Both the position numbers and the translations under genes were made by a program. A stretch of DNA of 64,000 bases, from contig DASTYI010000112.1 in NCBI GenBank assembly GCA_035765045.1, forward strand, positions 3,600 through 67,599, written 5' to 3'. The notes under the pieces were generated by a model. That model saw only the letters and a list, made by a program, of their open reading frames with translations, was not told the origin of the DNA and did not search any database. The DNA is from Iamia sp. GTDB taxonomy: Bacteria; Actinomycetota; Acidimicrobiia; Acidimicrobiales; Iamiaceae. This document shows, piece after piece, positions 55,710 to 64,000 of this stretch; the first letter of the stretch is position 1; each line of letters starts with the position of its first letter.

Positions 55710-56564
55710 CTACGCCGCAGCCGCCGCCGCGGCCTTGTCGGCCTTGGCCGACTGGTAGGCACCGAAGCCGAGGGCGATGGCCCCGAGGAGGAAGAAGATG
55801 CCGATCGGGCCCAGCATCACGACGTAGAGCACGCCCGTGACGGCGCAGATCATCAGCGTCCGGGTCCGGGTGAACCGGGTCAGCGAGCGGACGCCCATGA
55901 ACGCGATCAGCACGGGGACGAGGGCGTAGATGGCGGCGGCGACCGGCGGCACCAGGTCGAGCAGACCGACCCGGTAGGCGGCGACGACCGGCTCGTCGGC
56001 GAACTCGTCCTCCTTCACCTCCTCGAGGGCGGCCGGGTCGAGGGCGTCGCCCCCGTCGGCGTGGACGACCACCATGGCGCCGAGCTCGTCGAGCACCGCC
56101 GGCGGGGCCACGGGGGCGACGAACAGCGTCGCTGCGCTCACCACGGCGACCAGCAGGGCGAGGACGGCGGCGCGACCCCCGGGCTGGGCGGTGAGGCGGA
56201 GGAGCAGACCCCGGGGACCGGGGACGTCGGGGACCTCGACCACCTCCGACGGCGGACGGGCGGGGCGGGCCGCCCGGGCCGGGCGGGCGTCGCCCCCATC
56301 GGCCCCGTCACCCGGCGTGGGACGGGGCGGGAACAGCTTGCCGAGCAGGCCGCCGGAGGAGGAGGCCGCCGGGCGGGCCGGCTCCTTGGCCAGGTTGGTC
56401 GTGCCCCCGCTCTTGGCCTTGGCCCGGGTCGGCGTCTCCTCGACGGTGCGCGACGGGCGGGTCGCGGCCCGCTTGGCACCCTCGGTGCGCGCCTGGCGGT
56501 TCTGCCGCTCCTGGCGGTTGCGGGCCTGACGACGGCGCTTGGCCGCATCCTTGTCAGCGGGCAC
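55710..56564 (-). CDS. Hypothetical membrane protein with basic disordered N-terminus
   Basis: GC3-biased frame; about 4 TM helices in the C-terminal half. Confidence 0.75.
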   Translation of the reverse strand: MPADKDAAKRRRQARNRQERQNRQARTEGAKRAATRPSRTVEETPTRAKAKSGGTTNLAKEPARPAASSSGGLLGKLFPPRPTPGDGADGGDARPARAARPARPPSEVVEVPDVPGPRGLLLRLTAQPGGRAAVLALLVAVVSAATLFVAPVAPPAVLDELGAMVVVHADGGDALDPAALEEVKEDEFADEPVVAAYRVGLLDLVPPVAAAIYALVPVLIAFMGVRSLTRFTRTRTLMICAVTGVLYVVMLGPIGIFFLLGAIALGFGAYQSAKADKAAAAAAA

Positions 56565-56586
56565 TGCTACACACTCCGGGGTGACG

Positions 56587-57243
56587 ATGGTCGGCCGGCA
56601 GCTCGACCGCCGCGAACCTAGTGAACCGTTGCCGCCCGGCCCCCACCGTGGCGTCCGGGGTCTGTCCCGACCAACCCGTCGGCGACCGCTCCTCGCCCTC
56701 GCCCTGCTGACCGGAGCCCTGGTGGGTTGTGGTGGTGGGCCCGATGCCTCGGTCGGGGTCGTGGCGGCCGGCGACACGGTCGAGGTCCGGGCCAAGGCGT
56801 GCGGCGACGGTGGGATCGAGCGGGTCGACGTGGTCGACCCGGCCGCTCCCGAGGAGCCCCTGTGGTCGGCGGTGGCGGACGATCCGGGGGCAGCCCGGCG
56901 CACCGTGCCGGTGGCGGCCGAGGTGCCCGGCTACGCGGTCGAGGACCACCGGCGTGACGGCGCGCTGCCGGATCGGCGACTGCGGGTCCTCGTCGCCGGT
57001 CCCGACGGCGCCAGCTGGGGCGGACCCCGGTTCACGCCCGGCGACCTGGAGGAGGGCCGTCTCCGGGTCGCCGGCAAGGACGTGGCCCTCGACGAGTGGG
57101 AGGCCGAGCCGGCCCGCTGCCCCGACGTCGGACTCGGCGCCGCCCTGGCCGGGGGCGTGGCCACCGCGGTCGTCGCCGGCCTGCTGTGGCTGATCGTCCG
57201 CGCCCTGGCCCGGGCGGTCCGCCGCTCGGGTGACGCACCCTGA
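56587..57243 (+). CDS. Hypothetical lipoprotein-like protein with C-terminal TM helix (start uncertain)
   Basis: LLALALLTGALVGC signal/lipobox; C-terminal hydrophobic helix. Confidence 0.6.
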   Translation: MVGRQLDRREPSEPLPPGPHRGVRGLSRPTRRRPLLALALLTGALVGCGGGPDASVGVVAAGDTVEVRAKACGDGGIERVDVVDPAAPEEPLWSAVADDPGAARRTVPVAAEVPGYAVEDHRRDGALPDRRLRVLVAGPDGASWGGPRFTPGDLEEGRLRVAGKDVALDEWEAEPARCPDVGLGAALAGGVATAVVAGLLWLIVRALARAVRRSGDAP

Positions 57244-57280
57244 TCGGCGGCGCGCCGCCGGCCCGGCCCCGGCCGGCGGG

Positions 57281-58018
57281 TCAGCCGACGAGGCGCTCGG
57301 CGGAGGCGGTGAGGATGTCCTCGTCCAGGTAGGACGGGGCGCCGGGTCGGGTGAGGGCGAGGTGCCAGGCGACGAGGTCGCCGACCCGCACGATGCCGGC
57401 CACGGCGGTCGACGACTCGTCGGCCACGGTGGCGAGCAGGGCGGAGTCGCCGATCCCGTCCAGCTCCTCGGTCTCGGTCTCGGGCTGGCAGGTCACGAGG
57501 GCCTCGCCCAGCTCGGTGGCGAAGGCCGTGGCGGTGTCGGCGTCGGGGAACCGGAGGATCGCCTGCTGGAAGATCTGGGAGTCCTCGTCGCTGCCGGCGA
57601 GCAGCGCCTGGGCGGCCTGGTCGTCCCAGGTCTCCTCCAGGGTGATGTCCTCGCACAGGTCGGTGTCGAGGCTCCCGTCGCCCAGCGTGTCGTCGGGGGC
57701 GAAGCCGGTGCCGATGACGGCCGGGTCGAGGAGGAGCTCGGCCAGCGGGCTGTCGTTGGGGGGCAGGTTGGGGCTGGTCGTCGACCCGCCCTCGCTGGTG
57801 CTCGACCCGTCCGGCGCCGCGGTCGTGGTGGGGTCCGCCGGCTCGGTGGTGGTGTCGTCTCCGGGTTCGGTGGTGGTGTCGTCGGCCTCGGTCGTGGTGT
57901 CGTCAGCCTCGGTCGTGGTGTCACCGGCGTCGTCGTCACCGTCGTCGCTGCAACCGGCGAGACCGGCCGGCACGAGCAGGAGGGCGACCAGGAGCAGGGC
58001 GGATCGGCGGCTCGTCAT
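57281..58018 (-). CDS. Lipoprotein with DDTTTE repeats and a PknH-like extracellular domain
   Basis: LAGC lipobox; Thr/Asp repeats; Cys pair; RFPDADTA..RVGDLV. Confidence 0.75.
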   Translation of the reverse strand: MTSRRSALLLVALLLVPAGLAGCSDDGDDDAGDTTTEADDTTTEADDTTTEPGDDTTTEPADPTTTAAPDGSSTSEGGSTTSPNLPPNDSPLAELLLDPAVIGTGFAPDDTLGDGSLDTDLCEDITLEETWDDQAAQALLAGSDEDSQIFQQAILRFPDADTATAFATELGEALVTCQPETETEELDGIGDSALLATVADESSTAVAGIVRVGDLVAWHLALTRPGAPSYLDEDILTASAERLVG

Positions 58019-58036
58019 CCGGCAACCCTGGCACAG

Positions 58037-61000
58037 TCAGCGGAAGTCGCGGCTGCGGGCCGGGGCCTGGAGGTCGAGGGCCCAGATCCGCTCGGCGATC
58101 ACGTTGGTGACGCCCTCGGCCCGCTCGAGCCGCCCCCGGACCAGCAGGGCCGGGGCCGACGAGGCCACCCGTCGGTGCCGGGCCCAGCAGCCCTTGGACA
58201 CCACCACGTTGACCAGGCCCGTCTCGTCCTCGAGGTTCACGAAGATCGTGCCGCCGGCGGTGGCCGGCCGCTGGCGGTGGGTCACCACACCGGCGACCAG
58301 GACCCGGGACGCCTCGCCCCGGCCACCGCTCCCGGCCTCGCCGGCCTCCGCCTCGTCCGCCGGCGACCGCTCGGGGGTCGGACGGGAGCGGGGCCAGCCC
58401 CAGGACGCCGAGGTCACCACCGCCGAGCGGATCCACCCTCCCGCGGCCACCGCGGCCGCCGGCCCCGGCTCGGGCCCCGGCTCCACGAACGCCGGCTCGA
58501 CCCGTCGGACCCCCGGCCCCTCCCCCTCGCCCGCGCTACCCCGACCCCCCGCCCCCGCCGAGCGCTGACCCCCCGCTCCGAGCCCTCCCCCGTCCGTCGC
58601 CCCCTGGTCTCCCCCCGTCGCCCGCCGGACCTCACCGCGGCCAGCCGGTCCCCGGCCTCGCTCGCTCCTCGTCCCCGACCCTCCGCCCACCGCCGCTGCT
58701 GGGGTTGCCTCCTCGAACGCAGCGACAGGCGTGACGAGGCCACCGCCGACGCCGTTCGTCCCGACGAGGGTGTCGGCCGGGGTGGCGGGGTGACGGGCAC
58801 CGGGGCGAGGACCGGTGGCGCCGGGGAGGTGGGGGAGGTCGACGGCGGTGACGACACCGAGCTCGGCCAGCTCGCGGCGGACGAAGCGGGTGGGGTGGCC
58901 GTCCGCGCTGATGCTGGTGGCCCACAGGTCGGCCGAGGCCTGCTCGGCCGGGGACATGCCCGGCAACGTGGGGGCCTCGGCACCGGTGACGATGCCGCTC
59001 AGGCGGTCGGGGTGCGACTGTGCCACGGCGCCGACCGTCCACAGGGCCTGGCGACGGCTCGGGCCGAAGCAGTCCAGGGCGCCGGCGGTGGCCAGCGCCT
59101 CCAGGGCGGTGAGGGACGCCCCGCTGCGCCGGGCCAGGTCCTCGGCGTCGGCGTAGGGCCGCTCCGGCCCGTTCGGCCCCTCCGGGTGACGACCCTCGGC
59201 GATGGTCCGAGCCAGCTCGTCCCCCACCCCCCGGACCGAGCCCAGGCCGAGGCGGACGGCCGGCCCGCCCACGCCCCACATCTCGGGCGGCGCGCCCACC
59301 CACGAGCGAGGTCCGGCAGGATCGACGCAGTCGACCTCCAGGGTGGCGTCGACCTGGGAGGCGTTGACGTCGGGCCCGCGCACCGGGACCCCGTGGCGGC
59401 GGGCGTCGCGCACCAGCGAGTGGGGGGAGTAGAAGCCCATCGGCTGGGCGTTGAGGAGCCCGACGCAGAAGGCGGCCGGCTGGTACCGCTTCATCCACGA
59501 CGAGGCGTAGACGAGGTAGGCGAAGCTGGCCGAGTGGCTCTCGGGGAAGCCGTAGTTGGCGAAGGCGGCCAGCTTGTCCCACAGGTCCTCGGCCGTCTCC
59601 TCGGGCACCCCCCGCTCGGCGGCCCCCGTGCGGAAGCGCTCGTGGAGCACCTCCATCCGGCGCTGGCTCCGCTTGGACCCCATCGCCTGGCGGAGCTGGT
59701 CGGCGTCGGACGCGCTGAAGCCGGCGACGTCGATGGCCATCTGCATGAGCTGCTCCTGGAACAGCGGCACCCCCAGGGTCTTGGCCAGGGCCCGCTCGCA
59801 CAGCGGGTGGGGGTAGGTGACCTCCTCCTCGCCGTTGCGGCGGCGGATGTAGGGATGGACCGAACCGCCCTGGATCGGCCCGGGGCGGATGAGGGCGACC
59901 TCGACCACCAGGTCGTAGAACCGGCGGGGCCGGAGGCGGGGCAGGGTGGCCATCTGGGCCCGGGACTCGATCTGGAACACCCCGATCGAGTCGGCCCGGC
60001 AGAGCATGGCGTAGACCTCGGGGTCGTCCGGCGGCAGCTTGGCCATGTCGAGCTCCTCCCCCGACCACTCCTTCACGGCGTCGATGGTCAGGTGGAGCGC
60101 CGACAGCATGCCCAGACCCAGCAGGTCGAACTTGACGAGCCCGATGGCGGCGCAGTCGTCCTTGTCCCACTGGAGGACGCTGCGGTCGGCCATCCGGGCC
60201 CACTCGACCGGGCAGACCTCGACCACCGGGCGATCGCAGATCACCATCCCGCCCGAGTGGATGCCGAGGTGGCGAGGGGCGTCGACCACCTCACGGGCCA
60301 GGTCGAGCACGGCGGGCGGGACATCGACGGTGGTCGGCTCGCCACCGGGACCTCGGACCACCTGGCTGCCGGCCGCGCCAGCACCGATGCCCTGGAGCCC
60401 ACCCCATCGGTCGACCTGCTTGGCCCAGGCGTCCTGCTGCCCGGGGGCGTAGCCGAGGGCCCGGGCCATGTCCCGGACCGCCGAGCGGCCCCGGTAGCAG
60501 ATGACGTTGGCGACCTGGGCGGCCCGCTCCCGGCCGTGGCGCTCGTAGACGTACTGGATGACCTCCTCGCGCTGGGTCGACTCGATGTCGATGTCGATGT
60601 CGGGTGGGCCGTCCCGCTCGGGCGACAGGAACCGCTCGAACAGCAGCCCGTGGCGGACGGCGTCGACGGCGGTGATGCCGAGGGCGAAGCACACGGCGGA
60701 GTTGGCGGCCGAGCCCCGGCCCTGGCAGTAGATCCCCCGCTCGCGGCAGAACCGCACGATGTCCCAGACCACGAGGAAGTAGCCGGGGAACCCGAGGACC
60801 TCGATCAGCTCGAGCTCACGATCGACCTGGGCCCAGGCCGGGGTGGTGCCCGAGGACGGACGGGCCCCGTAGCGCTTGGTGGCCTCGGCCTCGACGATCT
60901 CGTGGAGGAAGGCGGCCTCGTCGACCGGTCGGCCGTCGAGGTCGGTGAAGGGCGGCAGGCTGGGGGCGACCAGGCGGAGATCGAAGGCGAGGTCGCGCCC

Positions 61001-62035
61001 CAGGGCAGCGGCACCCTCGACCACGCCAGGGAAGCGGGCGAAGCGGCGCGCCTGCTCGGCCCCGGAGCGGAGGTGGGCCGACGCCCCGCCCAGGAGCCAG
61101 GGCTCGTGGGCGTCGAGGCTGCGTCGCTGGCGGACGGCGGCCACGGCCGTGGCCAGGCGGTGGCGGCCGGGGTGGGCGTAGCGGACGTCGTTGGTGGCGA
61201 CGACGTCGACACCGGCGCGCAGGGCGATCTCCACCAACGCCTCGTTGCGGGCCGCGTCGATCGGATCCCCGTGGTCCCAGATCTCCACCCGCACCTGGTC
61301 GGCCCCGAAGGTGGTGACCAGCTGCTGGAGGCGGCGGCGTGCCGCGGCCGGGCCATCGGCGACCAGGGCGGCGGGGACGCTGCCGTCGGCCCCACCGGTG
61401 AGGACCACCCACCCGCCCTCGCCCGGCGTGCCTCGACCACCGACGGCGGCCAGGTCGCCGAGGGTGAGACGGGGAGCGCCCTTCTCCCCCGCCATCTGTG
61501 CCTGGCTGACGACGCGGGCCAGGTCGGCGTAGCCCCGACGCCCGCGGGCCAGCACCACGACCCGGCCGGGAGCCGTCTCGCCCGCACCGGCCCCGACGGG
61601 CTGGTCGGCCAGCCCGAGGTCGACGCCGTACACCGCCGGCACACCGACGACCGTGGCCGCCTCGGACTGGCGGACCACCCCGTAGAAGCCGTCGCGATCA
61701 GTGATGGCCAAGGCCTCCAGCTCGAGGCGCGCCGCCTCCTCGACCAGCTCCTCAGGATGGGAGGCACCCTCCAGGAAGCTGAAGTTGGAGCGGCAGTGGA
61801 GCTCGGCGTACGGGACCCGAGCACCCGCCACCACACCGTCGCCCGCCCCACGACGGGACCGAGCCGCCACCAGGTCGGCGATGTCGGGTGGGGGCTCGTA
61901 GGCGCTCCGATGGGTCGACCACGCCGGGGTGTCGCCCCCGTCTCGAGGGACGCCACGATGCTCGCCGGGACGGGCGCGACCCGAGAGGGTGCGCTCCAGC
62001 TCGGACCAGGGCATCGGTGCGTTGGTGAACCCCAT
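58037..62035 (-). CDS. dnaE2: Error-prone DNA polymerase DnaE2
   Basis: YAELHCRSNFSFLEGAS PHP domain, GRGSAANS, PPDIDID, KFDLLGLG and C-terminal SRDFR. Confidence 0.96.
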   Translation of the reverse strand: MGFTNAPMPWSELERTLSGRARPGEHRGVPRDGGDTPAWSTHRSAYEPPPDIADLVAARSRRGAGDGVVAGARVPYAELHCRSNFSFLEGASHPEELVEEAARLELEALAITDRDGFYGVVRQSEAATVVGVPAVYGVDLGLADQPVGAGAGETAPGRVVVLARGRRGYADLARVVSQAQMAGEKGAPRLTLGDLAAVGGRGTPGEGGWVVLTGGADGSVPAALVADGPAAARRRLQQLVTTFGADQVRVEIWDHGDPIDAARNEALVEIALRAGVDVVATNDVRYAHPGRHRLATAVAAVRQRRSLDAHEPWLLGGASAHLRSGAEQARRFARFPGVVEGAAALGRDLAFDLRLVAPSLPPFTDLDGRPVDEAAFLHEIVEAEATKRYGARPSSGTTPAWAQVDRELELIEVLGFPGYFLVVWDIVRFCRERGIYCQGRGSAANSAVCFALGITAVDAVRHGLLFERFLSPERDGPPDIDIDIESTQREEVIQYVYERHGRERAAQVANVICYRGRSAVRDMARALGYAPGQQDAWAKQVDRWGGLQGIGAGAAGSQVVRGPGGEPTTVDVPPAVLDLAREVVDAPRHLGIHSGGMVICDRPVVEVCPVEWARMADRSVLQWDKDDCAAIGLVKFDLLGLGMLSALHLTIDAVKEWSGEELDMAKLPPDDPEVYAMLCRADSIGVFQIESRAQMATLPRLRPRRFYDLVVEVALIRPGPIQGGSVHPYIRRRNGEEEVTYPHPLCERALAKTLGVPLFQEQLMQMAIDVAGFSASDADQLRQAMGSKRSQRRMEVLHERFRTGAAERGVPEETAEDLWDKLAAFANYGFPESHSASFAYLVYASSWMKRYQPAAFCVGLLNAQPMGFYSPHSLVRDARRHGVPVRGPDVNASQVDATLEVDCVDPAGPRSWVGAPPEMWGVGGPAVRLGLGSVRGVGDELARTIAEGRHPEGPNGPERPYADAEDLARRSGASLTALEALATAGALDCFGPSRRQALWTVGAVAQSHPDRLSGIVTGAEAPTLPGMSPAEQASADLWATSISADGHPTRFVRRELAELGVVTAVDLPHLPGATGPRPGARHPATPADTLVGTNGVGGGLVTPVAAFEEATPAAAVGGGSGTRSERGRGPAGRGEVRRATGGDQGATDGGGLGAGGQRSAGAGGRGSAGEGEGPGVRRVEPAFVEPGPEPGPAAAVAAGGWIRSAVVTSASWGWPRSRPTPERSPADEAEAGEAGSGGRGEASRVLVAGVVTHRQRPATAGGTIFVNLEDETGLVNVVVSKGCWARHRRVASSAPALLVRGRLERAEGVTNVIAERIWALDLQAPARSRDFR

Positions 62036-62051
62036 GGGGCTCGCCACCTTA

Positions 62052-62067
62052 TCGAACACATGTTCGT
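62052..62067. promoter_or_regulatory. LexA (SOS) box abutting the dnaE2 -10 element
   Basis: TCGAAC-ACAT-GTTCGT; minus-strand TAAGGT at 62051-62046. Confidence 0.88.
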
Positions 62068-62143
62068 TTCGTTCCCGGGCGAGTGGGGAACGAAACCCGA
62101 CATCCATTGTCCCCCACCGCCCGAGAGGAGGCCCTCGATGCGA

Positions 62144-62812
62144 TCAGACGGCGGAACGACCCTCGCGGAGACGGGCGAGGGCGACACCCACGTCCGGCAC
62201 GGCGGACATCGGCCACGACACGCCCCACGGTTCGTTCCACAGCGTGCCCGCGGGCACCGTCCACGGACCCACGTAGAGGTATGGCGTCGGGTGATCGGCA
62301 TCGCCCGGCGAGCCGCCGTAGTTCACCTCGTCCATCGTCAGCGCCAGGTCGAAGTGCTCAGGCCACAGCTGGGCCACCGGCGGGTCGTCCTGAGCCACCT
62401 CCTCCACCAGACCGGTGAGGGCGGCGTCGACCAGGGCGAACCAGCGGGCCAGCACGGCGGCCGCGTCCGGGTCGATGGCCAGCCGGGCGTCCGGGTCGCA
62501 CGGCGTGGCGATGTCGTACAGCCCGCCCGGCGCGCCGGGTGCGACGCCGACCAGGGCGGCCGCGGCGGCGAGCGTCGTCAACGGCGCCCGCTCGGCCCGT
62601 CCGGCGACCTCGACCACCAGCTCCGTGCCCTCCACCCGGGCTCTCCGAGCCACGCCCGCGACCTCCACCTCCGGCGTCCCGAACCCACCCGGTGTCACCC
62701 GCAGCCCGATGTGCCCGTCCCACCGGTGGAGAGCGGCAGCCAGCACGTGCTCGGCCACGGCGTGCAGGGCGTGACGGGTGGCCACCAGGTCGTCAGCGGT
62801 CGGGGCCGGCAC
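62144..62812 (-). CDS. Conserved hypothetical protein
   Basis: LHAVAEHVLA, QLWPEHFDLA, NYGGSPGD and PYLYVGPW; GC3 bias. Confidence 0.8.
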   Translation of the reverse strand: MPAPTADDLVATRHALHAVAEHVLAAALHRWDGHIGLRVTPGGFGTPEVEVAGVARRARVEGTELVVEVAGRAERAPLTTLAAAAALVGVAPGAPGGLYDIATPCDPDARLAIDPDAAAVLARWFALVDAALTGLVEEVAQDDPPVAQLWPEHFDLALTMDEVNYGGSPGDADHPTPYLYVGPWTVPAGTLWNEPWGVSWPMSAVPDVGVALARLREGRSAV

Positions 62813-62821
62813 CTCGGCCGC

Positions 62822-63694
62822 CTACGCCTCGCCACCCAGGTCGGCCCATGCGCGCTCGATGCGATCGGCGCTCCACGCACCGTCGTGGACGATCACCCGA
62901 TGCCGCACCCGCAGCTCCTCGCCGGCGGCCAGGTCCATCCCGTCGTGCCACAGGAAGGCGGCGTTCATGAAGTTCGACCACCCCTCGTCCCCGTAGGTGT
63001 CGGCCCGGGTGCTGGCGTACCACGGCACCGGGTGGCGGCGGTTGCCCGGGTGGTCGAGGAAGGCCATCCCGGCCAGATCCCCCTCCGCCCCGCCGGGCGG
63101 GCGGCCGGTCAGGTCGCACCAGCGAGCGCCGTCGCCCAGCACCCTCTCGTGGGTCGAGCCGTCGTCGAGCATCAGCCGTGTGTCGGTCCAGTCCCCCGCC
63201 CCCCGGAGGGTGAGGCCCCCGTAGCCGCCCCAGGTCGTGAACGGTGTCCGCTCCAGCCGACACGGGGCCGACGACACGAGCCTCGTGTCCAGGTCGATGG
63301 CGTAGGCGTCGGGCCCCAGGGGCACATGGGTCCAGGTGCGGTCCTCGACGAGGGCGACGGTGGTGCGATCGGGCCGGATCCACTCCAGCCGCCCGCGGAG
63401 GGAGACGACGCCCTCGTCCGCCTCGGTGATCGCCGGCGGCCCCTCGTGGCGCAGCACCCCGTAGGCGTCGTACTCCTCCCAGAAGTTGTCCCCGTCGACG
63501 AACTTGATGGTGAACCAGAGGGCGTGGTGCCACGGGTGGTCGTCGGGGGCGTCCCGGGTGAGGACGTGTCCGGCCGGGGTGCGCACCGGGTGGACGTGGG
63601 GGCGCCGCGAGGCCGACCAGCGGTAGGTCCACAACCCACCCACGGCGATGCCGTCGTCGGTCTCCTCGACCGATGTCCGCGGGGTGGCGGTCAC
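62822..63694 (-). CDS. DUF6807/'PmoA-family' sugar-binding-like protein
   Basis: PHVHPVRTPAG, DHPWHHALW, NFW and GYGGL motifs; GTGA overlap with upstream oxidoreductase. Confidence 0.85.
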   Translation of the reverse strand: MTATPRTSVEETDDGIAVGGLWTYRWSASRRPHVHPVRTPAGHVLTRDAPDDHPWHHALWFTIKFVDGDNFWEEYDAYGVLRHEGPPAITEADEGVVSLRGRLEWIRPDRTTVALVEDRTWTHVPLGPDAYAIDLDTRLVSSAPCRLERTPFTTWGGYGGLTLRGAGDWTDTRLMLDDGSTHERVLGDGARWCDLTGRPPGGAEGDLAGMAFLDHPGNRRHPVPWYASTRADTYGDEGWSNFMNAAFLWHDGMDLAAGEELRVRHRVIVHDGAWSADRIERAWADLGGEA

Positions 63695-63999
63695 GGCTGC
63701 CACCCGTCGAGGGCGGGGTCGTCGGCGGCGAGGGGCAGGGCCACCTCATGACCGGAACGGGACGAGACGTACACGGCGGTGAGCACCTCCAGGACGGTCC
63801 GGGCCTCGGACAGGGTGACGGGGAGCGGTGCGCCGGTGGCCCGGGCGTCGGCGTAGCGCTCGAACAGGCCGACGAAGTCCTCGGTCCGCTCGGGTTGGTC
63901 GGCCAGGAAGGCGTCGAGGTCGGCCTGGCCCTCGGGATCGGCGGCGGTCCAGGTCCACGGCTCGGCACCGGGCGTGTAGGCACCGGTCGAGGACTCGGC
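63691..63999 (-). CDS. Gfo/Idh/MocA-like oxidoreductase C-terminus (truncated by window edge)
   Basis: PVTLSEARTVLEVLTAVYVSSRSGHEVALPL C-terminal pattern; typical neighbour of DUF6807. Confidence 0.7.
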   Translation of the reverse strand, partial: AESSTGAYTPGAEPWTWTAADPEGQADLDAFLADQPERTEDFVGLFERYADARATGAPLPVTLSEARTVLEVLTAVYVSSRSGHEVALPLAADDPALDGWQP

Positions 64000-64000
64000 G

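Noticed and set aside
56552-56575. Third PafBC-like motif TGTCAG-N10-TACACA
   Set aside because: Last -10 position mismatches and the hexamer overlaps the first codons of the divergent gene
58315-58820. Intein in DnaE2
   Set aside because: No N-terminal Cys/Ser block, no terminal His-Asn and no homing endonuclease motifs
62822-63694. Particulate methane monooxygenase PmoA
   Set aside because: Soluble protein without TM helices and no pmoB/pmoC; the family name is a misnomer
57230-63751. 2173-aa plus-strand ORF
   Set aside because: Antisense shadow of dnaE2 and its neighbours

Overview
Very GC-rich, gene-dense chromosomal window from an actinobacterium. Mycothiol amidase, F420-dependent enzymes, DnaE2 and widespread leaderless genes point to this phylum; class Acidimicrobiia is my inference from gene style. 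About 70 genes were called. They cover lipid and acyl-CoA catabolism (thiolases, SDRs, crotonase, thioesterase), a circularly permuted ATP-grasp/alpha-E/transglutaminase operon, the recG-DAK2-rpmB-pckG core region, a CutRS-like two-component system coupled to a MhuD-like monooxygenase, MoxR-DUF58-VWA, pyk, a complete type II fatty-acid synthase cluster, mca and a stand-alone LexA-boxed dnaE2. No rRNA, tRNA, CRISPR array or transposase was recognised. Most interesting observations: (1) an unannotated 54-aa protein with an N-terminal sliding-clamp-binding-like motif (QLDLL) behind a PafBC-type damage promoter and an SOS-like box; (2) a ~265-nt promoter- and hairpin-bounded, rod-folding non-coding RNA upstream of mca (Ms1/6S-like candidate); (3) a FAS-II cluster with a lysine-less biotin-carrier domain, a divergent carboxyltransferase, two translationally coupled mini-ORFs flanked by duplicated gene junctions, and a triple 20-bp-periodic operator; (4) several dispersed REP-like hairpin families; (5) a frameshifted serine hydrolase and a ~170-aa insertion in DnaE2. 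All family assignments come from motif recognition by eye; no searches were run.
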